A DNA stretch of 64,000 nt from Candidatus Caldarchaeum sp. GTDB taxonomy: Archaea; Thermoproteota; Nitrososphaeria_A; Caldarchaeales; Caldarchaeaceae. The notes below the pieces were generated by a model that was not told where the DNA came from, did no database searches, and worked only from the letters and a program-made list of their open reading frames with translations. The stretch's first letter is position 1. Every line of letters begins with the position of its first letter. A program made the position numbers and the translations under genes. Where the stretch lies: positions 192,001-256,000 of the forward strand of contig JAVZZH010000001.1 of the NCBI GenBank assembly GCA_038885755.1, in the 5' to 3' direction. Below are positions 47,508-55,431 of the stretch, in pieces.

Positions 47508-48672
47508 CGAGCCTCACCCTTACAGAGAGTGGAGCAGCCCTCCTGCTCGTGTGGACGAAGACCACGTCCCCGTCTTTCAGCCCCGAGCCTATCAAGGTTT
47601 CGGATTCGTTTATCAGCCGGGTTCCGTGCTGGAGCTGGACGTCCGGGAACATAAACTTGCTGGATATTCTCTCCAAGAAATCGACTACTCTTTCGTGAGG
47701 ATGTGCGGTCATCTCGACTGGTTTATCGCTGTCAGACCCGCATACATGGCAGAGCTCGTTCCTAGCAAGCCTGACCCTAGAGACACGGCCGTTCAGCCCG
47801 TCGTAAACGAGCAGCCCGCTCAAAGACCTTCCCAAAGAGCCGTCGTGCAGAACTCTAACGACTTCGAAGACGCCTAGGCCGGCTACTGTTGCGGATATGC
47901 TTAGAACGGCTGGAATCTTCGGGTTGAGCAGACTACGTAAACGGTTGACGAGGTTTTTGAGCTCTGGACTCAGCCCGTCGACAACCTTCTGAGGGGCGTA
48001 TTTTATGTCGTAGAGCGTCTTGATGTTGTGGTTGAAAAGCTCAGCCGCCTCATCCAACCCCACTGCTATGCCTCTGTCCCTGAGCTCGGAGACGAGGTCT
48101 TCAGGCTTCCTCCGCCTCAGAGAGCATTCAGCTGCCTGAACCTCCAAAGGGATCAGGGCCTCCGCATGACACTCGATACAAGCCGTCTGTCGCGGGATTA
48201 TCGTCTGAACGTTCCCGTAGTATCCGTCGGTCGCTAGGTCGACTAAAGGCTTGCCCAGCTCCACGGCCATAGAGTTAATCCATCGCCTAGTCGGCCAGTT
48301 GTCTACACAGCTGACCAGCACGTCGAACTCAGAGAAGACATCCTCACCTATGTTCCTTACATCCTTGTGCATCCCAACAACGTGCACTAGAGGGTTCATG
48401 CGTCTAACCCGCTGCTCCGCAAGCTCCGCCTTCGGCTTTCCTATATCCTCGTCGACGTAAAGCATCTGCCTGCTTAGGTTGGAGAGCTCAACGACGTCGT
48501 TGTCGACTAGAAGCAGTTCGCCCACGCCCATCAACGCTAGGTTCTTAGCCGCTTCACATCCAAGAGCGCCGACTCCAGCGACCAGCACACGGGCTGACGC
48601 CAGCCTGCGCTGGTCCCAGCCCTCAAGCATTAGTTGTCTGTCGTACCGTGCTAGTGCTGAGCCTGCATCCAA
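47482..48672 (-). CDS. Ubiquitin-activating enzyme E1-like (ThiF adenylation domain + Cys region + C-terminal Ub-fold)
   Basis: RYDRQ, GVGALG, DNDVVELSNLSRQ, CIEC...CHVC zinc site, ECSL candidate catalytic Cys, terminal ETL..SGLKDGDVVFV Ub-like fold. Confidence 0.95.
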   Translation of the reverse strand: MDAGSALARYDRQLMLEGWDQRRLASARVLVAGVGALGCEAAKNLALMGVGELLLVDNDVVELSNLSRQMLYVDEDIGKPKAELAEQRVRRMNPLVHVVGMHKDVRNIGEDVFSEFDVLVSCVDNWPTRRWINSMAVELGKPLVDLATDGYYGNVQTIIPRQTACIECHAEALIPLEVQAAECSLRRRKPEDLVSELRDRGIAVGLDEAAELFNHNIKTLYDIKYAPQKVVDGLSPELKNLVNRLRSLLNPKIPAVLSISATVAGLGVFEVVRVLHDGSLGRSLSGLLVYDGLNGRVSRVRLARNELCHVCGSDSDKPVEMTAHPHERVVDFLERISSKFMFPDVQLQHGTRLINESETLIGSGLKDGDVVFVHTSRRAAPLSVRVRLVEDSGQGS

Positions 48673-48673
48673 C

Positions 48674-49180
48674 CTAGAGACCCTTTCTCCTGCCCAGCTT
48701 AAAAGCTTCCTCCGGAGAGGCGTAGACCTCTAAAAACTGTCTCACCCGGGCCATGAAGAGGTCGGGCCTGTTTTTGTACTCGAAGGCAGCGATGGGGTTT
48801 AGCGGGTCTTCGGGGTTGGGGTTGTTCAGCAGGTTTCTGAGAGCCTCTATGACGGCGACTATTCTGAGGGAGGGCGACCAGTGGTCCTTGAAGACAGACT
48901 CGCAGACGCGAGCCGGAACTGTGTCTGAGAAGTTTGGATGCCATATTCTTGTGTGCCAAACTATGTCGGGCGGGAAGTAGGGGTACGAGCGCGGTATAAG
49001 GATCTCGACCCTGAAGTATCCGCCCTCGTAAATGTTTGTCCCGATTATCACGCCCTCGTAGTGTGTAAGGTCGTTCTCGACCGGGCTGAACGTCGGTTCA
49101 TTTTCCTGGATGAGCGAATACTCGAGCGCCAGCCTCCTGTGCCATGCGCTCTCAGGCAGCTCAGCGTAAACGTTCTCCAT
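48674..49180 (-). CDS. Ubiquitin-conjugating enzyme E2
   Basis: RRLALE, YEGGYF, YPYFPP, IWHPN, RVC (catalytic Cys), WSPSL, PNPEDPLN. Confidence 0.97.
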   Translation of the reverse strand: MENVYAELPESAWHRRLALEYSLIQENEPTFSPVENDLTHYEGVIIGTNIYEGGYFRVEILIPRSYPYFPPDIVWHTRIWHPNFSDTVPARVCESVFKDHWSPSLRIVAVIEALRNLLNNPNPEDPLNPIAAFEYKNRPDLFMARVRQFLEVYASPEEAFKLGRRKGL

Positions 49181-49415
49181 TTCCCCCCACCGTACGGGTG
49201 ATGAGGACGAACTTATCCCCGTCGGCGACGCCTAGGCTCTGAAGGGTCTCCGTGTCCTTCAACGCCCTTCCCTTGTATGTAAGCCTAGTTGTGTCTGGGG
49301 GGAGCTTCCTCATGGCGCATACCTTGGTCCTAACCGCTCCAATCGTTGCGTTCGGCGAAACCTCCAACTCTAAAGGGCTTCCTCCACCCACGGCAGGCAC
49401 TATCTTTATCTTCAT
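49161..49415 (-). CDS. Eukaryote-like ubiquitin precursor
   Basis: Beta-grasp pattern LEVSPNATI...RLTYKGRALKDTETL..LGV.DGD, ending RTVGG plus a 6-aa extension NGERLR. Confidence 0.96.
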   Translation of the reverse strand: MKIKIVPAVGGGSPLELEVSPNATIGAVRTKVCAMRKLPPDTTRLTYKGRALKDTETLQSLGVADGDKFVLITRTVGGNGERLR

Positions 49416-49557
49416 ACTGCAGGCTTGTTAAGCTAAAGTGTATATAAGGTTTAACGGCGTGTAAAACGTCGAAAATGTCGATGAAATATTTCGACATTCC
49501 CGAAAGAGTCTAGTCGTCGGGAGAAACACGACATTTTTAATACCCGGCTTTGTCTCC
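49416..49557. promoter_or_regulatory. Divergent Ub-operon / Rpn11 promoter region with inverted repeat
   Basis: TATA-like tatataa (49441) and tttttaa (49534); AATGTCGA-n9-TCGACATT at 49474-49498. Confidence 0.55.
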
Positions 49558-50175
49558 TTGGAAGCGATGCGTGTAAGGATATACCCGCTAGCCCTAGCTA
49601 AGATTGTCAAGCATTCAACCACCTTCCTGAACAAGGAGGTTGCCGGGCTGCTGGTGGGTAAGTCGGCGGGGAAGGTCCTCGAAGTGTGGGACGCCGTGAC
49701 CGGGGAGCAGTACGGAACCGCCGCCTACGTCCATCTCGACGAGGCTGTGATGTCTCGTGTTGCGGAGCAGCTTTCTGAGGATGGTAAAGGCCTTTACATA
49801 GTGGGATGGTATCATTCACACCCCGGGTTGACGGTTTTCCTATCTCCCACCGACATAGACACTCAGAAACGTTATCAGAGCATTTATCCCAAGGCCGTGG
49901 CCTTGGTGATAGACCCGTCCAAGTATGTCGAGACACGTAGGATCTCGTCGATCGACTTCAAAGTCTTCCAGATATCGAAGGAGGGGAAAGTGGTGTCCCT
50001 GCCCGTGTCTATAGGAGTTCAGAGGTCTAAGCTGCTGGAGAGCACTTTCCATGCTTTGAGCACTTTTGATGTGAGGCATCTACTCCAGCAGTCGGAGGGT
50101 ATGACTGAGAGCGGTCCGCAAGCCGGTGAAGACGGAAGCTTGCTGGGAAAAGCTAAAAAGCTGTTCGGAAGATGA
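49558..50175 (+). CDS. JAMM/MPN+ metalloprotease (Rpn11-like deubiquitinase / Ub maturase)
   Basis: EVAGLLVG, VGWYHSHPG..FLSPTD, ALVIDP. Confidence 0.96.
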   Translation: MEAMRVRIYPLALAKIVKHSTTFLNKEVAGLLVGKSAGKVLEVWDAVTGEQYGTAAYVHLDEAVMSRVAEQLSEDGKGLYIVGWYHSHPGLTVFLSPTDIDTQKRYQSIYPKAVALVIDPSKYVETRRISSIDFKVFQISKEGKVVSLPVSIGVQRSKLLESTFHALSTFDVRHLLQQSEGMTESGPQAGEDGSLLGKAKKLFGR

Positions 50176-50188
50176 GGAGGGAGACGCG

Positions 50189-50962
50189 TTGCCTAAGAAA
50201 ATCGTGCTGAAGATAAAGCATGAACAGCAGCAGGAGCAGCCGGAGGTCGAGCCAGCCCAGCAACAACCTATTGAGGTGCCGGCCGTCGCCGAGCCCGAGC
50301 CTGCACCACCTCAGCAAGCTCCTCAGCCGGGAGACCTTGAGGAAGCCCTGAAGCAGTACCAGGACTTGATGAAAGAGCTTGAGCTGATCAAGAACCTCGA
50401 CAAGAACTTCATAGCCTACTGCGTAAAGCTCGAAGACCTTAGGCCTAACCTTATCAGGAGCATTCTGGGGCGTTTGTCGGAGAAGCGCAACGCTTTGCTG
50501 GAGAGATCTGCCGCGGTGCTGGAGAGTATGAAGGCTGTGCGGGATTCGTTGGGGTCGGAGTTTGCTGAGGTTGAGGAGGAGCTCATTTGGAGCAGCATAG
50601 AGCTCAACACGATGCAGCTAGAGGGCTCCAAGGCTGATGCTGCAAGGGTTGGTCTGAAAGAGGAGCTTGAGGCCAAAATACCCGAGCTCCGGAAGAAGCT
50701 CACCAACCTGAGGAACAGGCTGAAGATGGTCGAGGACGTTGTCAAGCAGCTGTCCGAACTTCCACGAAACATAGTCGAACTGACTACCAGCAAGGAGGAC
50801 ATAGCTAAGCTGTTTGAGGATGCAAAGAAGAGGTATATTCTGACGCATGGCCAGAGGGCGGAGGCTGTGCTTAGGGCCGAGATAGACAGGGTTGCCCAGC
50901 AGGAAGCCATTCCCAGAGAATACGCCACGCTGCTTGTCTGGAAGGCCTCGCTCCAGCGTTAA
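50189..50962 (+). CDS. Pro/Gln-rich plus coiled-coil protein downstream of Rpn11
   Basis: TTG start at 50189 with GAGGAGG RBS; N-terminal EPAQQQP..EPEPAPPQQAPQP, then long heptads. Confidence 0.8.
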   Translation: MPKKIVLKIKHEQQQEQPEVEPAQQQPIEVPAVAEPEPAPPQQAPQPGDLEEALKQYQDLMKELELIKNLDKNFIAYCVKLEDLRPNLIRSILGRLSEKRNALLERSAAVLESMKAVRDSLGSEFAEVEEELIWSSIELNTMQLEGSKADAARVGLKEELEAKIPELRKKLTNLRNRLKMVEDVVKQLSELPRNIVELTTSKEDIAKLFEDAKKRYILTHGQRAEAVLRAEIDRVAQQEAIPREYATLLVWKASLQR

Positions 50963-51366
50963 ACCACAGGCCTGAACTTCACCCCGTACACTATTAGAGT
51001 TGAGTCGCTGTCCCACCTAAGCCTTCTGACAACAGCTTCAACAGGTATGCCTGGTTTCAGGTCTTGAGGATTGCAGTCAGTAAGCTGGCCTACGACTCTA
51101 GTTCCGTCATCCATCTCTACCAAACCCACGGCGAAAGGCGTGCTGTTTTCAAACCCTCCTTGGGCTTGGTACACAACAGTGAACTGCACGAGCCTGCCGG
51201 TGTTGTTCAGCCTGTCGGAGTCCAGCCTTTTTGAGGAGCATCTACGGCATGCAAGCCTCTTCAACGGATGGAAGTGGCCGCAGACGGAGCAGCGGCTTCC
51301 CTCAAGGCGGTAGATGAACGGTCTGAGCCGCCAGTAAACGGGAGGTCTGGACGCCACGATGTTCAC
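50959..51366 (-). CDS. DUF35 zinc-ribbon/OB-fold protein (thiolase-HMGCS scaffold)
   Basis: CSVC...CRRC, G.L..FT, GQLTD, YGVKFRP. Confidence 0.92.
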   Translation of the reverse strand: MNIVASRPPVYWRLRPFIYRLEGSRCSVCGHFHPLKRLACRRCSSKRLDSDRLNNTGRLVQFTVVYQAQGGFENSTPFAVGLVEMDDGTRVVGQLTDCNPQDLKPGIPVEAVVRRLRWDSDSTLIVYGVKFRPVV

Positions 51367-52526
51367 CTAAGGCTCTCTAGGACTACTGCGCCTGCGCTGG
51401 ACCCTAGGCCGGCGATGGACACGACCATGCCTTTCTCAGCTCTGTCCACTTGGTTCTTGGCTGCGTTTTGCGTGAGCTGCATGAAAGCCTCGACCAAGGC
51501 GTACACTCCCGAGGCCCCTGCCGGATGGCCTCTCCCTTTCAAGCCTCCGAAAGTGTTTATCGGGAGATCACCGCTTAGGCTGAACCTACCCTTCTCAGCC
51601 TCAAGGCAGGCTCTCCCCCTCTCCGCAAGCCCGAGAGATTCGAGGATGAGCGGGGTCATAATGCTGTAGGATTCGTGGAGCTCTATGAAGTCAAGGTCCC
51701 TTCCCCTTAGACCGGCCATCTCCAGTGCTCTTCTTCCAGCCGTGCTGACCGAGCTCAACTCAAGGGGGTCTTCTCTGTCGAACGGAACTAGAAAGTCTGT
51801 CGAGAAGCTTGCTCCTGTGAGGAGGCATTTGTGGCCGTCGATTTTGCTGGCGAGGTCTTCGGACACGACTATTATGGCGGCGGCTCCGTCGGCTGGCGCG
51901 GTAGTTTCGAGCCTGCGCAGAGGCTCCGCCACGTAGGGTGAGTTCATGACTGTTTGAAGGTTTAGCTTGAACTGGTATTGTGCGTGAGGGCATGTAGAGG
52001 AGTGTTCATGGCTCAGAACGGGGAAGTATGCTACGTTTTCTGGTAGAAGCTTGTATCTCGATAGGTACTCTTTGTAGAGGAGGGCGGCTTGGGCTAGCTG
52101 GCTTACTCCGAGGAACCCGGTGCATTCCTGCCTCTCCTCCATCGTAAGAAGGCTTAGGGCCTCCTCAGCCGTTCCATCCGACATCTTCTCTACGCCGACA
52201 ACCATAGCGGCTTTCGAAACCCCCATCATCACGGCTGCAGCAGCGGAGTAGAGGGCCATCAACCCAGACACGCCGCCGGCCTCGACACGAGTCGCGGCAA
52301 CGTTCCTTAGCCCCAGCTCCTCCGCTAGAACCGACCCTAGATTAACCTGTTCTTGAAGCTTCTCGCCGTAGACGTTCGCGACGTAGACATGGTCGACTGA
52401 GGAGAGGCCTGAGCCCTCCAAGGCTTTCAACCCCGCTTCAGCCATCATCTCGGCCAAGCTCCTGTCCCAGTGTTCATCGACTTTGAGGACTGAACCCCCG
52501 CAGACGACTGCTTTCAACCTGCTCAC
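51363..52526 (-). CDS. Thiolase-family protein (catalytic Cys apparently replaced by Gly)
   Basis: VGVEKM, DGAAA, ELHE, INTFGGLKGRGHPAGASG; GTG start overlapping the HMGCS stop. Confidence 0.88.
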   Translation of the reverse strand: MSRLKAVVCGGSVLKVDEHWDRSLAEMMAEAGLKALEGSGLSSVDHVYVANVYGEKLQEQVNLGSVLAEELGLRNVAATRVEAGGVSGLMALYSAAAAVMMGVSKAAMVVGVEKMSDGTAEEALSLLTMEERQECTGFLGVSQLAQAALLYKEYLSRYKLLPENVAYFPVLSHEHSSTCPHAQYQFKLNLQTVMNSPYVAEPLRRLETTAPADGAAAIIVVSEDLASKIDGHKCLLTGASFSTDFLVPFDREDPLELSSVSTAGRRALEMAGLRGRDLDFIELHESYSIMTPLILESLGLAERGRACLEAEKGRFSLSGDLPINTFGGLKGRGHPAGASGVYALVEAFMQLTQNAAKNQVDRAEKGMVVSIAGLGSSAGAVVLESLR

Positions 52527-53569
52527 ATCCGGATCTTGTCTCTGTACTTTAGGTATGTTGCGTAGTCTATTTCTGTCCTCCTGCTGAGCATCTGGGCGTA
52601 GGTGGGGGCCCTGTTTCGCCTCTCGACAACGCCGTCGCAGACGGTCAGGACGAATGAGTCGCTGCCAGCTCCCGAGCCGTAGGATGTGGCCAGTATTCTC
52701 TGTCCCGGTGAAGCTATGTCTAGTATCTTTGCGAGGGCCAGCATGGAGCACGCTGCATAGGTGTTTCCGACCATGTCGGCCACAAGCCCGGGCAGTATCT
52801 TCGAGCTCGGTATTGACAAGACCTTGGCAACTGCAAGCGGGAACTTGACGTTGGGCTGGTGGAAGGCGAAGTAGTCTATGTCGTTGACTGAGAAACCGTT
52901 TTCAGCGAGAATGGTGTTGACAGCCGAGATGGTGTGGTGGAAGTATGCAGGCTCACCCGTGAACCTTGACGCATGAACGGGATATCTCTCGTAGCTTCTG
53001 CGCCAAAAATCAGGAGTGTCCGAGACAAATGAAACAGAGTACTCAAACCGAGCTATACAGTTGTTGGTGTTAGGCCCTATGACAAAGGCAGCCGCCCCGC
53101 TGGCCGCTGTGTACTCGAGGGCGTCGCCCGGCCTTCCCTGAGCTGTGTCGGCACCAATCGCAATCCCGTACTCTATCCTGCCTGCTTCGACCAGTGCTGT
53201 GATGAACTGTACAGCCTCCGTCCCCGCCTTGCATGCAAACTCCAAGTCGGCGGAGGTAGTGCTTCTTGAAACGCCGAGTATCTCTGCGACGAGCGTCCCG
53301 GTGGGCTTGACTGCGTAGGGTTTCGACTCTGTCCCGACGTGGACGGCGGCTATCCTCGACGGGTCTATTCCCGCCCTCCTCAACGCATACCTGGCTGCTT
53401 CAACAGACATCGTCACGGTGTCTTCGTCGAGTCCAGCCACGGCCTTCTCCTTGACCGGAAGGTCTGCAGGGTTCTTGCCCCAGACCCTAGCCAGCTCCTC
53501 GCCCTTCAGCCTGAACCTGGGGAGGTATATGCCGTATCCATGGATGGCTGCGTTGCTGATTCTGGGCAT
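52523..53569 (-). CDS. Hydroxymethylglutaryl-CoA synthase, archaeal type
   Basis: GTESKPYAVKP, EFACKAG, DTPDFWRR, FHQPN, GNTY, SYGSGAGSD. Confidence 0.95.
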   Translation of the reverse strand: MPRISNAAIHGYGIYLPRFRLKGEELARVWGKNPADLPVKEKAVAGLDEDTVTMSVEAARYALRRAGIDPSRIAAVHVGTESKPYAVKPTGTLVAEILGVSRSTTSADLEFACKAGTEAVQFITALVEAGRIEYGIAIGADTAQGRPGDALEYTAASGAAAFVIGPNTNNCIARFEYSVSFVSDTPDFWRRSYERYPVHASRFTGEPAYFHHTISAVNTILAENGFSVNDIDYFAFHQPNVKFPLAVAKVLSIPSSKILPGLVADMVGNTYAACSMLALAKILDIASPGQRILATSYGSGAGSDSFVLTVCDGVVERRNRAPTYAQMLSRRTEIDYATYLKYRDKIRM

Positions 53570-53680
53570 CTGGGTGTTGGTGCTGTAGGGTTGTATTAAA
53601 GTCTCTTGCATATGCGGTTTTCGACGTTTGTCTAACCGTTATAGATTAAAGCCGATAAGCTGTTTAAGGCCCCGAGAGCG

Positions 53681-54130
53681 ATGAGCCAAGACTTGGACGA
53701 AAAAGACCGTAAGATCATAGAGGAGCTGATGGAGAACGCCGAGCAGTCGATTACGGAGCTGGCCGCCAAGCTACGGATACCACGTACAACGGTCCATGAG
53801 AGGGTTAAAAGGCTGAAACAGCTGGGAGTGATCAAGAAATACACTATTCAGGTTAACTACGCCAAGCTCGGCAAGCCTGCGACAGCTTTCATCCTTATAT
53901 CTTTTGAGCAGGGAGCGATGTCCCAGAAGAAGCTGGCCCAGGAGATCGCCAAGCTGCCGGAGGTGGTTGAAGCCCATCTCATAACAGGCGAGTGGGACAT
54001 CCTTGTCAAGGTTCGGACCGACTCGATGCAGTCGATCGGGTCTCTAGTAGTCGACAAGCTCAGGATGATGGAGGGGGTTGGAAAAACAATGACCTGCGTC
54101 TCCTTCTTCGCTGTAAAGGAATCCTCCTGA
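53681..54130 (+). CDS. Lrp/AsnC-family transcriptional regulator
   Basis: LDEKDRKII, HTH, RVKRL..GVI, RAM domain ITGEWDILV. Confidence 0.95.
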   Translation: MSQDLDEKDRKIIEELMENAEQSITELAAKLRIPRTTVHERVKRLKQLGVIKKYTIQVNYAKLGKPATAFILISFEQGAMSQKKLAQEIAKLPEVVEAHLITGEWDILVKVRTDSMQSIGSLVVDKLRMMEGVGKTMTCVSFFAVKESS

Positions 54131-54131
54131 G

Positions 54132-54923
54132 ATGGTCCTCGAAAGAGTTAGGGGTTTGGTCATAGACCTCGACGGCTGTGTCTACGTCGGCGACAAGCCG
54201 GTTGAAGGGGCTGCTGAAGCAATCAAACAGCTGAGGAGGACAGGGGTGCGAATAGTCTTCCTGACTAACAACTCGACACTGACAAGGCTGCAGTACGTGG
54301 AGAAGCTTTCCCGGATGGGTGTCGAAGCCTATACTGAAGAGGTGCTGACGTCAGGCGTTGTCGCGGCTAGGTTCATCGCATCCAGACAACCAAGGTCCAG
54401 CTGCTTAGCCGTGGCTGAAGATGGGTTCATCCTGGAGGCTCAGCCTCTAGGTCTTAGAATCATCGACCCGGGTGAGTGGAGGAGAGCGGACTACGTGGTC
54501 GTCGGGCTGGACAGGAAGCTGTCGTATGAAAAGCTGGCTAAAGCATCCCTAGCCATACGAGCCGGAGCCTTCTTCCTAGCCACAAACCTCGACAACGTCT
54601 ATCCGTCGGAGGAGGGTTTTTACCCCGGGGCAGGGTCGATCGCCGCACTGCTGTCGACGGCCACAGGCGTCCAGCCCTACTCTGTTGGGAAACCATCCAA
54701 GGAGATGTCCAGACAGGCGCTGGAGCTGCTGAGGCTTTCGGCTGACGAGGTGGTGTTTGTCGGCGACAGGGTTGACACGGACGTTGCCGCGGCGAGGGCC
54801 GTGGGTTGCAGGAGCATCCTCGTCAAAACAGGTGCATACTCCCTGTTCAGCAAGGACACGTCTGACGCCGACTTGGTGGTCGAAAGCATAGCCAAGGTTC
54901 CTGAAGTTCTGTCGGTCAAGTAA
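54132..54923 (+). CDS. HAD-IIA (NagD-like) phosphatase
   Basis: DLDGCVY, LTNN, ATN.D, GKP, VGDRVDTD. Confidence 0.93.
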   Translation: MVLERVRGLVIDLDGCVYVGDKPVEGAAEAIKQLRRTGVRIVFLTNNSTLTRLQYVEKLSRMGVEAYTEEVLTSGVVAARFIASRQPRSSCLAVAEDGFILEAQPLGLRIIDPGEWRRADYVVVGLDRKLSYEKLAKASLAIRAGAFFLATNLDNVYPSEEGFYPGAGSIAALLSTATGVQPYSVGKPSKEMSRQALELLRLSADEVVFVGDRVDTDVAAARAVGCRSILVKTGAYSLFSKDTSDADLVVESIAKVPEVLSVK

Positions 54924-54956
54924 ATCTTTTATTCCTCCAGCTGTTTAACAATATCG

Positions 54957-55340
54957 TTGGAAACTATCAAAGTCTCAGAGATAATGTCTCGAAAACTGGT
55001 GAAGGCGCGGGAGGATGAAACTCTTGCCGAGGTCGGGGTGAAGATGCTTGAGTCCAAGGTCAGCAGCGTGGTGATAACGTCGGACGACAAGGTCGAGGGA
55101 ATAGTGACGGAGAAGGATTACGTGAAGTTCTTCACGTTGAGGGTTTCGCCCGACGAGAAGGTTGGGAACTACATGACTAGGAACGTCATAACCGTTAAGG
55201 AGGAGGTCTCTCTCAACACGGCGAGGAACATCATGGTTTCGAACAGGATAAGACACCTGCCCGTCGTTGACGAGAAGGGAAGGGCGGTGGGCATGGTCAC
55301 CGCCAGAGACATCATAGAATCCGTTGAGACACTTATCTGA
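54957..55340 (+). CDS. Tandem CBS-domain protein
   Basis: VSEIMS, GIVTEKD, IRHLPVVD, GMVTARD. Confidence 0.92.
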   Translation: METIKVSEIMSRKLVKAREDETLAEVGVKMLESKVSSVVITSDDKVEGIVTEKDYVKFFTLRVSPDEKVGNYMTRNVITVKEEVSLNTARNIMVSNRIRHLPVVDEKGRAVGMVTARDIIESVETLI

Positions 55341-55396
55341 GGGCTCAGATACCCCAGAGTCTCTCACAGGTCAACCCTAGTTAATCATCATCGCCC
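55341..55396 (-). ncRNA. Box C/D guide sRNA
   Basis: Minus strand reads GGGC-G-ATGATGA(C)-TTAACTAGGG-TTGA(D')-CC-TGTGAGA(C')-GACTCTGGGGTAT-CTGA(D)-GCCC: terminal 4-bp stem, intergenic, TTTAAT box about 25 nt upstream. Confidence 0.8.
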
Positions 55397-55431
55397 ACCG
55401 GCACGACGGGAAGCCGTTGATTAAACCTTAC

